Shown in pieces: positions 1-9,023 of a DNA stretch of 64,000 nt. The notes below the pieces were generated by a model that was not told where the DNA came from, did not search any database, and was given only the letters and a program-made list of their open reading frames with translations. Every line of letters starts with the position of its first letter. Within the stretch, counting starts at the first letter, position 1. Origin of the DNA: a virus (Duplodnaviria > Caudoviricetes); IMG/VR virus record IMGVR_UViG_3300037400_002261, positions 1 through 64,000 of that record. One strand, 5' to 3'. The translations under genes and the position numbers were made by a program.

Positions 1-745
1 TAATTATTATATATCCATCTTCATCTCTGCAGTACACATATGTATGATAGTCAACATAAAAAATTGGTTTAACACCATTCTGAATAGCGAAATCATATAA
101 TCCATCAGTATCTTCTGCAGTATATACATTATTAAACCAATCTTCAAATGTGCATTCTTCTAGTGATTTATCCAGTTCATCTGCTGTTTCAAACTTAAAA
201 CCGTCCTCATCAGTATCATACCATTCCTTGATAACCCATAATGGAAAATACATGTCAACAAGATTATTTCGATTACATTCCGCTTCACTAAAAAGTCCAG
301 TTGTATCAGCATAAATACAAACACTTACCATTTTCATATCTTTTTCAATTCCTTTTATTACTCTTTCATGCCATCCACAAAATCCATATTTATCTTCATG
401 TTTTTCAAAATCATAACCACACCAAAGCTCGTCACTTGAAATATGATTTTTATTTCTTATATAGTCATTAATCAACCATTTTAAATAAGGAAGATCTGAT
501 TTATCAAGTTCCATTAATCCACCATCATAATGTTTATCTATAAAAGAATATAAATCATATGAAATATCAATCCCAAGAAGTTCTTTTAGATAAACCATAT
601 TATCAAAATCAATCATACATCCATTATTTACAGCGCATTCAATCGCTTCTAATGGATTGCTTTCAGCATATCCATAATCATTTTCCATCAAATCATTATA
701 GCAATCAATCTTGTCGCAAACTTCTTTCCAATTAATATTCATCAT
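1..745 (-). CDS. Acidic hypothetical protein, runs off the window edge (partial)
   Basis: Open frame from ATG 745 (MMNINWKEVCD...) to position 1; AAAGGAG RBS. Confidence 0.75.
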   Translation of the reverse strand, partial: MMNINWKEVCDKIDCYNDLMENDYGYAESNPLEAIECAVNNGCMIDFDNMVYLKELLGIDISYDLYSFIDKHYDGGLMELDKSDLPYLKWLINDYIRNKNHISSDELWCGYDFEKHEDKYGFCGWHERVIKGIEKDMKMVSVCIYADTTGLFSEAECNRNNLVDMYFPLWVIKEWYDTDEDGFKFETADELDKSLEECTFEDWFNNVYTAEDTDGLYDFAIQNGVKPIFYVDYHTYVYCRDEDGYIII

Positions 746-759
746 AATTTTATCTCCTT

Positions 760-1125
760 TCAATATTTAATAAACTGTTCAATAAGGAAGTAATCTGCTC
801 CCTCAATATATTTTTGGCTAATTACATTATGAATAATTTCATTTTTACTAATACCAAAATCAACTCGTTGTTCAAGATCGCAATCGCTATTGAAGAAATA
901 ATATGTTACAATATATCTTCCTTCAGGTAATTCTTTTTCATTCTGTAATTCATCAACATATCCACTCATATCATCATATAATGCTGATTTAGTGCATAAA
1001 TGAAAACCAACTTCATTATCAACATCAACATATCCGATACCATCTTCTTTTTCATCATCTTCAGGATAATCAAAGAAATAATAATCATTATTCTTAATGC
1101 CTTTAACAATCATCCTTTCTGTCAT
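760..1125 (-). CDS. Hypothetical protein
   Basis: ORF track; RBS; packed with neighbours. Confidence 0.75.
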   Translation of the reverse strand: MTERMIVKGIKNNDYYFFDYPEDDEKEDGIGYVDVDNEVGFHLCTKSALYDDMSGYVDELQNEKELPEGRYIVTYYFFNSDCDLEQRVDFGISKNEIIHNVISQKYIEGADYFLIEQFIKY

Positions 1126-1142
1126 ATTATCACACCCCTTTC

Positions 1143-1580
1143 TTATAATTCATAATTAGTATCTTCATTTGCTTTAGCTATCAAATCTGCATAATGATAC
1201 TTTTTTGCATGTTCTTTAATAAAATTTTCGAGTATAGGTTCTGCAATACGTTCAAAATCTTCAAGTTCCATATCTAAAACGCTGGACGGAAACTCACTAT
1301 AATATGGAAATATATCATATGGATATCCATTTTGCGTTTTATTATAACCAGTATCTACACCACCAACATATAATTCATATCCAATACCATAGTGACTGTA
1401 TTCACCCCAGGCTCTAAAATCAAAAACAAGATCTCCAACTCGACAGCAACCGAAAACTCCAGCCGTATTAACATCTCCATCATCAAATCCATATGATTTA
1501 GTATCCCATTCAGCAGCCTTTCTTATTTCTTCAGGATAATTTTTCCAATCTTCTTTTGTGATTTCCCATACAAATTTCAT
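1143..1580 (-). CDS. Hypothetical protein
   Basis: ORF track; AAGGAG RBS. Confidence 0.8.
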   Translation of the reverse strand: MKFVWEITKEDWKNYPEEIRKAAEWDTKSYGFDDGDVNTAGVFGCCRVGDLVFDFRAWGEYSHYGIGYELYVGGVDTGYNKTQNGYPYDIFPYYSEFPSSVLDMELEDFERIAEPILENFIKEHAKKYHYADLIAKANEDTNYEL

Positions 1581-1704
1581 TTTTTATCTCCTTTTAATAA
1601 TATCTTGAATTATATTATTTACTGTTTCACCATTTATAATTCTCATCACAATTTCTTCAACTTCTTTAAATGTAAAATTATCAACAATCTCTTCAGCCAC
1701 CTTT

Positions 1705-1923
1705 TCACTCATCTTTTATTTCCTTATAATTATCTTCTATATGTCTCCAAATGAAACGCATTGCTCCATCATATGTATTTGATCTATATAGCTGCTCAGT
1801 TTTCTTTTTGCCATCCTCGTGCCATGTTTTAATTACTCTATATGGGTGATCAACATACATGAATCGAATCACTCTGATTTCTCCGTTACAAACAATTTTC
1901 GCCATTTGAATCTGTTTTGCCAT
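1705..1923 (-). CDS. Hypothetical protein
   Basis: Start moved to MAKQIQ after AAAGGAG. Confidence 0.7.
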   Translation of the reverse strand: MAKQIQMAKIVCNGEIRVIRFMYVDHPYRVIKTWHEDGKKKTEQLYRSNTYDGAMRFIWRHIEDNYKEIKDE

Positions 1924-1992
1924 TTTTAGAACTCCTTTCACATTTTAAAATAATTGAAATATTCAATAATCATACAATTTAATCATCTCCTT

Positions 1993-2316
1993 TCAAATCA
2001 ATCCATGATCTTCCATAAATTCTCTTGCCCATTCTGAATCAAGAAAATCTTCTGGCTGATATCCCATTTCAACCATTTCAATCATAGCGTCCAACTCATT
2101 CCAATCATTCTTGCTAAAATATTCTAAAGCAGCAGTTGTCTCTTCTATTACATCAATATCCTTTACTGTTTGAAATACAGCCATATTATATCTATCATTT
2201 ACTGCAATACAAATAAACTCAGAATTGTCTTTAAAAAAATCTGTTCCATCATCAGAATAAATTCTCATATTATCAGGCAAATCAGCAATCATTTCTTTCA
2301 ATTTTTTAATCGTCAT
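1993..2316 (-). CDS. Hypothetical protein
   Basis: ORF track; GAGGA RBS. Confidence 0.75.
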   Translation of the reverse strand: MTIKKLKEMIADLPDNMRIYSDDGTDFFKDNSEFICIAVNDRYNMAVFQTVKDIDVIEETTAALEYFSKNDWNELDAMIEMVEMGYQPEDFLDSEWAREFMEDHGLI

Positions 2317-2363
2317 ATTATACTTTTCCTCTCTTAATCAAATCATGTACAATATAAACTCTA

Positions 2364-2540
2364 TTAACATTTGTAATTTACAAGTTCAGGCATCTCATCC
2401 AATGCCACTTTATATGCGTCTTGCCAATTAATTGTGTTTTTCTCTTCAAAAAGAATTCTTCTCAAGCACATCTCGGCAGATTTGTCTTTAAATTTTAATA
2501 CTTCTTTAGAAAACATTGTTTTAATTTGTTTATCTGTCAT
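2364..2540 (-). CDS. Small hypothetical protein (58 aa, MTDKQIKT...)
   Basis: Hand translated; AAAGGA RBS; in frame with the upstream TAG-terminated gene. Confidence 0.6.
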   Translation of the reverse strand: MTDKQIKTMFSKEVLKFKDKSAEMCLRRILFEEKNTINWQDAYKVALDEMPELVNYKC

Positions 2541-2555
2541 AGTCCAATTTCCTTT

Positions 2556-2750
2556 CTATTTAACAACAGCCCATGTTTGACCACTATGATCCATATACAA
2601 ACATCTACCACTCTTCGTCTCACATATCTCAGTATTCTCATCTTTATGATTCAAATCCAGAGTATATTTAAGTTTTTCCATTGCTTCATATGGTGTTTTT
2701 GCAAAGAAACTCCAAGTTGCTCCAGTGTCAAGATTAAATACATTAATCAT
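2556..2750 (-). CDS. Hypothetical protein ending in TAG
   Basis: ORF track; AAAGGAG RBS. Confidence 0.7.
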   Translation of the reverse strand: MINVFNLDTGATWSFFAKTPYEAMEKLKYTLDLNHKDENTEICETKSGRCLYMDHSGQTWAVVK

Positions 2751-2776
2751 ATTTTTTCTCCTTTCAAATCGTTGTT

Positions 2777-3013
2777 TTATCTATGCCATACTACAATATA
2801 ATCATCTGCTTCCATCCTATTGTTATAATCATCTTCAGAATACCAGATGGCAGCTTCTATCTCATCCGCATCATTTTCTTTCGCAAGTTTCATTGCTTCT
2901 TCAAAACTATTTATATATAAATCACCATCTACATGATTTCCGTTTTTCCACACAGCAAGATTATAGCGTCCACCAGCATCTTCAATGTTCTCCAGTCTTT
3001 TAATAGGACTCAT
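2777..3013 (-). CDS. Hypothetical protein
   Basis: ORF track; GGAGATGA RBS. Confidence 0.75.
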   Translation of the reverse strand: MSPIKRLENIEDAGGRYNLAVWKNGNHVDGDLYINSFEEAMKLAKENDADEIEAAIWYSEDDYNNRMEADDYIVVWHR

Positions 3014-3045
3014 TTTTTATCATCTCCATTCAAATAACCGGTTTA

Positions 3046-3225
3046 TTAAAGTTTAATAATCGGCATTCCTTTTCTTCTCGCTTCTTCAACCTGCCCCGTG
3101 GTTGCTTCTTTGATTGAACACCATGGATATTTTGAATATTCCTTTTCAACCGCTTCATGCGTTCCAACTGCCAGATTTGTACAATAAACGTTTTCGGAAT
3201 ACTGGAATGAAACAATATATGTCAC
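3046..3225 (-). CDS. Hypothetical protein
   Basis: GTG start after GGGAGATGA. Confidence 0.7.
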   Translation of the reverse strand: MTYIVSFQYSENVYCTNLAVGTHEAVEKEYSKYPWCSIKEATTGQVEEARRKGMPIIKL

Positions 3226-3260
3226 GCTATCATCTCCCTTCATCAAACGTGTCTTTTATT

Positions 3261-3455
3261 TTATTTAATATACCTTTTAACAAATCTCTTATATGACTTC
3301 ATTGCGTCTTCTTTTATTGAATAAGGATTACTTTCATGTGTCTGATGCCATTCACCACCCCAATTCTCATAAACTCTGGCATGGTAGCAGTTTCTCTCCC
3401 ATTCACAAGTTACTTCTATGGCTGCATTTCTTTCCACTGCTATTGTTACTGTCAT
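3261..3455 (-). CDS. Hypothetical protein
   Basis: Start MTVTIA after AAAGGA; flanked by TTCATCAAACGTGT direct repeats. Confidence 0.7.
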   Translation of the reverse strand: MTVTIAVERNAAIEVTCEWERNCYHARVYENWGGEWHQTHESNPYSIKEDAMKSYKRFVKRYIK

Positions 3456-3487
3456 GCAATTACTTCCTTTCATCAAACGTGTTTTTA

Positions 3488-3655
3488 TCAAAAGTCTCTC
3501 AGCTGATACTTATCTTTCACAATGTATTCTTCAATGTTGATATCAACAATTGACTTGACTCTTGCTTTTTTTAATGCTTGTTCAACCGTTTCCGCTTCTA
3601 CCTTTTTAACCTTGTATGTATTGCCGACAACATAATCAATAATGTATGTTTTCAT
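3488..3655 (-). CDS. Hypothetical protein
   Basis: Start MKTYII after AAAGGAG. Confidence 0.7.
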   Translation of the reverse strand: MKTYIIDYVVGNTYKVKKVEAETVEQALKKARVKSIVDINIEEYIVKDKYQLRDF

Positions 3656-3685
3656 TATGCCATCTCCTTTCAAAGGCGACTTATA

Positions 3686-4060
3686 TCACATCAAATCTTT
3701 CGCAACACTAACATGAAATGTTTCTTCAAACCAGTGCCAAATCTCTTCTCTGTGATCTCCTGGAATAAATCTTCCCCAGAAATCTTCGATGCATTCCGTT
3801 TCAGGATTCATCGGAACATCTCCAAAATCTGCCCAGAGTTCTTTTACAAGATCAAGATATACATACGGAGTGCTTCTCTCAATTTTCTTTCCGTTATCAG
3901 TAATATCAATCCAGAAAGAAATAATCTCGAATTTATACTCATCTCTCCATATCTTTATTGCATCCATTGCCTTTTCATAAGACATTGCAGCATCGTATGT
4001 GTGCTGAATATCCCACTCTTTACCACGTTTAATAATTGCCATCGGCCAATATAATTTCAT
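3686..4060 (-). CDS. Hypothetical phage protein
   Basis: ORF track; RBS. Confidence 0.8.
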   Translation of the reverse strand: MKLYWPMAIIKRGKEWDIQHTYDAAMSYEKAMDAIKIWRDEYKFEIISFWIDITDNGKKIERSTPYVYLDLVKELWADFGDVPMNPETECIEDFWGRFIPGDHREEIWHWFEETFHVSVAKDLM

Positions 4061-4081
4061 AACACCATCTCCTTTTAATAA

Positions 4082-4357
4082 TTAACGATTTCCATACAAC
4101 TGATTTTTAATTCTAACCTGTGACATGATTCCTTTATTTGGATTATCTTTATCCAACCAGTAATAGAATTTTCTATACCAACCATCTGCATTAAGCATTT
4201 CTACTTTTATGGAATTATCCATGAAATTCCGCTGCGGTCGTGTCATATTTGTTTCATAGTTTCCATAACCATCAGGATATATATAACGATCATATCCGCT
4301 TGAATAATGAACCTGTAACATATTCTGACCTTCCAACTGAAGAATCCATTCGATCAT
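4082..4357 (-). CDS. Hypothetical protein
   Basis: ORF track; RBS. Confidence 0.75.
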   Translation of the reverse strand: MIEWILQLEGQNMLQVHYSSGYDRYIYPDGYGNYETNMTRPQRNFMDNSIKVEMLNADGWYRKFYYWLDKDNPNKGIMSQVRIKNQLYGNR

Positions 4358-4372
4358 TAATTTTATCTCCTT

Positions 4373-4531
4373 TCATAAAATCTGGATTTCATTTAGTTCT
4401 GTTATACTGACAACACTATATCCCATACATGTTAACCATATAGATGCATGTAGTCTGTCTTCAAAATCTCCGATAATCTTTATTTTTACTCCATTACTAT
4501 CTATCACCAAACACTCAAACTTATGCCACAT
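4373..4531 (-). CDS. Small hypothetical protein (52 aa)
   Basis: Hand translated MWHKFECL...; AAAGGAGATGA RBS. Confidence 0.6.
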   Translation of the reverse strand: MWHKFECLVIDSNGVKIKIIGDFEDRLHASIWLTCMGYSVVSITELNEIQIL

Positions 4532-4558
4532 TTAATCATCTCCTTTCAAATTTTTATT

Positions 4559-4723
4559 TTATTCTTCATATGCATTAACACAGTTTTTATTAAATACATC
4601 AGCTTCTGTCTTACATTCTTTACTCAATTCACATCTATAATCGCATTTTTCTTTGCAATAAATGCAACATTTTGCACATTTGCTTTTTGAATCAATTGCA
4701 CCGTCCATAAAACATCTAATCAT
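4559..4723 (-). CDS. Small Cys-rich protein (54 aa)
   Basis: Hand translated MIRCFMDG...CAKCCIYCKEKCDYRC; RBS. Confidence 0.65.
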   Translation of the reverse strand: MIRCFMDGAIDSKSKCAKCCIYCKEKCDYRCELSKECKTEADVFNKNCVNAYEE

Positions 4724-4737
4724 TTAATCATCTCCTT

Positions 4738-5043
4738 TTAACCATACATTTCAAATTCTTTTGCCAACCAGCGACTTTCTTCTTCAAGTTCATCAATCCA
4801 CAAATCTAAATAACCATCTCTGGCATCCTTATTTGTCCAGTTAGCTTTCCCTAGACCAACCGAAGATATCTCAATATATCCGTCATCATCAATATCCCAT
4901 AAATTCTTACCATATTTCTCTTGCCATTCCTTATTATCATTAATTTCATTTTTGGTTGCTTTAAACACCCAAAGTACTAAAGCATTATCATAATCATAAC
5001 GGAATAATTTTTTTCCTCTTTTATAAACTTTTGAAATTTTCAT
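4738..5043 (-). CDS. Hypothetical protein
   Basis: ORF track; RBS. Confidence 0.75.
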   Translation of the reverse strand: MKISKVYKRGKKLFRYDYDNALVLWVFKATKNEINDNKEWQEKYGKNLWDIDDDGYIEISSVGLGKANWTNKDARDGYLDLWIDELEEESRWLAKEFEMYG

Positions 5044-5067
5044 TCAATCATCTCCTTATTTTTAACT

Positions 5068-5439
5068 TTATCTACCAAGTGCCTTTATAACTCCAGAACT
5101 CACCATTGCAAACTGTTTTCCATCATCACGCTGGGCAACAACATCATACTTATTACCTGGCTTAAACCCAACCAGATAATATTTTCTTCCTTTCACTTCA
5201 AATTCTTTCTTATAATCGTCTTCCTTGAATCCGTAGTACTGCATATAGCCAAGCATTTCCATGAATTTTTCTTTATCAACATCTACATCATCTCGTCTTC
5301 CATTTACCTTTATAGTAAACGTTGTATTGTCATAAGTGATATTACCAGCGGTCAGTGTGATATTATATTTCTTTGCAATATCCTCCATTGCTTTATTCAG
5401 ATCAGTTCTAAACTCTTTAAAATTCATGTAATTCTTCAT
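5068..5439 (-). CDS. Hypothetical phage protein
   Basis: Start MKNYMNF after GAGGAGG. Confidence 0.75.
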   Translation of the reverse strand: MKNYMNFKEFRTDLNKAMEDIAKKYNITLTAGNITYDNTTFTIKVNGRRDDVDVDKEKFMEMLGYMQYYGFKEDDYKKEFEVKGRKYYLVGFKPGNKYDVVAQRDDGKQFAMVSSGVIKALGR

Positions 5440-5440
5440 A

Positions 5441-5719
5441 TTATTCATCCTCCTCATCATCTTCGTTTTCTTCAAAATTCTCAAGAATATCTTCAAGTAA
5501 ATCATCTCCGTCTGTACCATATTCAGGCTGATTACAGATCTCAATTTCTTTTCTATTAATATTTACATTGAGATAGACTCCATAATCGATTCCACCAGCG
5601 TTCACTGACAATCTCCACTCATATTCAAAATCAGAAATCCCATCACTAAGTTCTCTCAGCACATTAGCAAGTGCCATCGGATTGTATCTGTCAATTTCTA
5701 CTGAATAAATTTCTTTCAT
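5441..5719 (-). CDS. Acidic hypothetical protein
   Basis: ORF track. Confidence 0.75.
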   Translation of the reverse strand: MKEIYSVEIDRYNPMALANVLRELSDGISDFEYEWRLSVNAGGIDYGVYLNVNINRKEIEICNQPEYGTDGDDLLEDILENFEENEDDEEDE

Positions 5720-5760
5720 ATTATATTCTCCATTCTTAATTTAATTTTTGTTTGAGATTT

Positions 5761-6030
5761 TCAGTTTACTTCATAGTCAGGAAGAAAACCAAGTTTGCTT
5801 TTAATACACTCGTCAATTAGTTTCCATGCTCTTTCGGTATCAACATCTCCATATTCCGTCACACATTCATCATATCCGTCCAGATTTTTATATTCTTCCC
5901 AGAAGAGACATTTTTCTGAATTGCGATCTTTTTCTTCGTCAACAATTTCTCCACGGAAAAATGCGAACTTAGGAACTGAAAAATCTCCATAATGATAATC
6001 TGTGTCAATCCAGTAATAATACTTTTCCAT
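5761..6030 (-). CDS. Hypothetical protein
   Basis: Start MEKYYY after AAAGGA. Confidence 0.7.
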   Translation of the reverse strand: MEKYYYWIDTDYHYGDFSVPKFAFFRGEIVDEEKDRNSEKCLFWEEYKNLDGYDECVTEYGDVDTERAWKLIDECIKSKLGFLPDYEVN

Positions 6031-6047
6031 TATATATTTCCTTTCAT

Positions 6048-6353
6048 TCACATTGCATACTTTTCCCAGTTTTCAGGGAAGCCTTTTCTCTGTGGAGTAA
6101 TTTCAGCTAATATAAATTCTGTGCAATCTCCATCATCCCACTGGACTTTTGCATACGTTTCTTCATGATAACATTCCTCTTCGTCAAGGTGAGAAATATC
6201 ATCATCTTCTGGGTCATCATCTACCATCATATCATTATAATAATCTTCCCACATCCAATGAAGATATGCAGTTGCTTTGCGATAATCAGTAAATTCAACA
6301 GCTTCTGTTTCAGGATCAAAATTATGAGTTTTGATTACGACATACTTTTCCAT
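6048..6353 (-). CDS. Acidic hypothetical protein
   Basis: Start after AAAGGAG. Confidence 0.7.
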   Translation of the reverse strand: MEKYVVIKTHNFDPETEAVEFTDYRKATAYLHWMWEDYYNDMMVDDDPEDDDISHLDEEECYHEETYAKVQWDDGDCTEFILAEITPQRKGFPENWEKYAM

Positions 6354-6442
6354 ATTCATATCTCCTTTTATATTATTTATTTTGCTCAAGTTTTCCATGA
6401 TAATAACCAACAATCCTCTCTCTTATTAAATCATCTCTTCAT

Positions 6443-6706
6443 TTACCATTCCTCCTCTTCATCTTCATATTCCCAACCGCAAGAACCACACCACTCATAA
6501 TCCTCATAAAGTGGATAACCAAACAATTCATCTGGAGATTCCCATTTCTGCCGATCTATATAATACTCACAGCAAACACAATCTTCCCCGCCACATCCTT
6601 CGCAGCGGTCTGCATCTTCTTGCTCAATTTCAGCAAGACGTTCAAGTGTTTTGCGTTCGTAACTGAGAAGATTGTTAAACATCATGTTACCTTGAAGTCC
6701 TTTCAT
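6443..6706 (-). CDS. Cys-rich acidic hypothetical protein
   Basis: CEGCGGEDCVCC and CGSC motifs. Confidence 0.7.
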   Translation of the reverse strand: MKGLQGNMMFNNLLSYERKTLERLAEIEQEDADRCEGCGGEDCVCCEYYIDRQKWESPDELFGYPLYEDYEWCGSCGWEYEDEEEEW

Positions 6707-6710
6707 TTAA

Positions 6711-7115
6711 TCACTCTCCTTTAATAAGCTCAAATACAGTTTTCCAATCAGGCTTAAGATCTGCAACGTCACAAATAATATTGATTATGTCATTCACAAT
6801 ACACTCTTTTTCATTTCGCTCTTCATATTCAATACACATCGAACGAAACCAGCCACCACCATAATAACCAAAAATAAGATTAATCGAACATCCTTTTGAG
6901 TCAAAGTCAAAATTTTCTTTACATCCACTCCAGTCGCTCCCTAATTCGCTTGGACTTTTTACAGTATCAAGTTCCTCTTCTGTAAGTTCTTCAATATCAC
7001 AGCTACCGCAGAAATCAAACTCTGGGAATCTCATTTCCCACCAGTTAATCATTTTCCAAATTTCTTCTACACATTCTTTAACTGTTCCGCAAATAAATCT
7101 TTCGTTCTTAATCAT
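6711..7115 (-). CDS. Hypothetical protein
   Basis: ORF track; AAGGAG RBS. Confidence 0.75.
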   Translation of the reverse strand: MIKNERFICGTVKECVEEIWKMINWWEMRFPEFDFCGSCDIEELTEEELDTVKSPSELGSDWSGCKENFDFDSKGCSINLIFGYYGGGWFRSMCIEYEERNEKECIVNDIINIICDVADLKPDWKTVFELIKGE

Positions 7116-7157
7116 ATCCCATTCTCCTTATATATTAACTATTAAATATGTTCCTAC

Positions 7158-7373
7158 TTAATTCCAGGTTGACATATACAATTCATACTCATCAACTTTT
7201 GGTTTATTGTAACTATTTTTATGAATGAATTTCGTACAGTAACCACCGTCAAATCTTTTTCCGTATGCATTACATCTGTTTTGGTAATAATGATAACAAC
7301 AGTGGCATCCCATATCATCATCCAATCTATACATACCATTTACCCATAACTTTTCTTTTTTAGGTTTTACCAT
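7158..7373 (-). CDS. Small Cys-containing hypothetical protein
   Basis: Start after AAGGGTGA. Confidence 0.6.
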   Translation of the reverse strand: MVKPKKEKLWVNGMYRLDDDMGCHCCYHYYQNRCNAYGKRFDGGYCTKFIHKNSYNKPKVDEYELYMSTWN

Positions 7374-7471
7374 ATAATCATCACCCTTTACATCCACTCA
7401 ACTTTACCAAGTTCTCTTTTTTCAATATTTAATTCATTTATAAAAACATTAAAATCATTGTTTTCATTACA

Positions 7472-7834
7472 TCACTCTCCCTTCTTTAATTTCTCTACAT
7501 ATTCTTCTCGCCATTGGCAATATTCTTCAAGTGATACATTTGGAAAACTTTCCTTTGCATCTTTTATAAACACTGGACAAGTTCTCCAGTTACTACAAAT
7601 CATTGTCGGCATATCATCTGATTCACTATCAGGTTTTGCTTCTTCTCCGTACTGACAATGTTCACATTCAGTAGGATAAAAGCGGATTTCATTACAACCA
7701 TCAATGTATTTCTGGCGGCGATACTCAGCATTTGCTTTATACCACTCTTGACGATTCCAATACAATTCACATTCATGATTGTAATCTTCTTGTTCATCAA
7801 GATAATAATTCGATACGCAATTTGGAATTCTCAT
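7472..7834 (-). CDS. Hypothetical protein (CxxC)
   Basis: ORF track; RBS. Confidence 0.75.
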   Translation of the reverse strand: MRIPNCVSNYYLDEQEDYNHECELYWNRQEWYKANAEYRRQKYIDGCNEIRFYPTECEHCQYGEEAKPDSESDDMPTMICSNWRTCPVFIKDAKESFPNVSLEEYCQWREEYVEKLKKGE

Positions 7835-7850
7835 ATTTAAGTCTCCTTTC

Positions 7851-8207
7851 TTAAACCGTAATGAGTTTAATTGGTTTCAACCATTCAACAAGCAACCACG
7901 CTCCTCCCTGAGATTCTGGTCTATCATACTTCTTCATTTCTCCCTTCGCTTCACACATCATCCAGACACGCTTTTCGCCAGATTTTAATTCATCTGCAAT
8001 ATGAGGAGCAACAGGCTCAAAGCAGCAATGATAACCGCCAATCTCATTTCCATTTTCATCCTTACCAAGAGATCTCGGAGCAAACCCATTAGTAGGATGA
8101 TATTCTGCTCTCATCCATTCACCAAACTTAAATGGTTTCTTTTTGTCGATGAACAGAGGATAAACATTACCATCTTTGAGAATCCTTACTTTCTTAAATA
8201 CTACCAT
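7851..8207 (-). CDS. Hypothetical phage protein
   Basis: GGAGGT RBS; YHCC..P.APH and RPESQGG.W segments. Confidence 0.75.
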   Translation of the reverse strand: MVVFKKVRILKDGNVYPLFIDKKKPFKFGEWMRAEYHPTNGFAPRSLGKDENGNEIGGYHCCFEPVAPHIADELKSGEKRVWMMCEAKGEMKKYDRPESQGGAWLLVEWLKPIKLITV

Positions 8208-8258
8208 GACCTTACCTCCATTTTTGTATCTTGTCAATATGTATTTTAATATTTTATA

Positions 8259-8972
8259 TTAATGTGCTTCAAAAATTACATGTTCTCCATTTTTCAGAAC
8301 CCAACATCCCTCTTTATGGAAATGACAATAACTGCAATTTCCACCACAGAAATATGCTCCAAACTCTGGAGCAGTTGTTGTTCCATCTGGAAACAGAACG
8401 TGACTTTCGGGAATATGATATGGATTTTTCATTTCCATACCAGGCCACCTTGAATAAATCGGATGAACATTTGAAACAAATTTTCCGTCATGGTTGTCAA
8501 GCCAATTATTACAACCATCATAGTTCTTGGTGAAGAACAGAAAATCACATCTTGGATTTCTCTTGCCAATCTCATTAATGTACTCAAAATCTTCCTCGGT
8601 TAAATCACCGCCGACATTAATTCTGAGTTCAGTAATGAATAATGCTTTTACCTGAAGTTCAACTTCATTCCAGTACCGCTCTGGGTCTGTCTTATGAATA
8701 GCAGAGTTGACAAGTCTCTGATGCAAACAACCATTGTTAATCACATCGTGCTGAACATCATAACAATGGAATTTGCATTCACTACAATTACAACAATCAA
8801 TGATCGGAAGTAACGAAACGGTGTAACAATTACGTCCCGTCTTATCATTTCCGTTCATGATAGATACATGGAGATTATGTACATTAGCAAGATACTTTTT
8901 CAGCGCTGTTCTTGCCTTTCTGACAAATCTCTTGATTGACAGGTCGCTCCATTTTACGTGTCTCTTTGCCAT
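8259..8972 (-). CDS. Phage gp88-like protein (radical-SAM-like Fe-S fold)
   Basis: GNDKTG..SLLP..CCNCSECKFHCY, RINVGGD, FTK and C-terminal CGGNCSYC motifs; AAAGGAGG RBS. Confidence 0.7.
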   Translation of the reverse strand: MAKRHVKWSDLSIKRFVRKARTALKKYLANVHNLHVSIMNGNDKTGRNCYTVSLLPIIDCCNCSECKFHCYDVQHDVINNGCLHQRLVNSAIHKTDPERYWNEVELQVKALFITELRINVGGDLTEEDFEYINEIGKRNPRCDFLFFTKNYDGCNNWLDNHDGKFVSNVHPIYSRWPGMEMKNPYHIPESHVLFPDGTTTAPEFGAYFCGGNCSYCHFHKEGCWVLKNGEHVIFEAH

Positions 8973-9023
8973 AGCAACCTCCTTTGAATCAAAAAAGGAA
9001 CTGCATTTCAACAGTTCCCTTAA

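Larger units (their letters stand above)
2764..4561. repeat. Seven dispersed 15-16 bp imperfect palindromes T(C/A)AAA-N6-TTT(T/C)A at gene junctions
   Basis: 2764 TCAAA-TCGTTG-TTTTA; 3030 TCAAA-TAACCG-GTTTA; 3243 TCAAA-CGTGTC-TTTTA; 3473 TCAAA-CGTGT-TTTTA; 3670 TCAAA-GGCGAC-TTATA; 4376 TAAAA-TCTGGA-TTTCA; 4546 TCAAA-TTTTTA-TTTTA. Confidence 0.7.
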
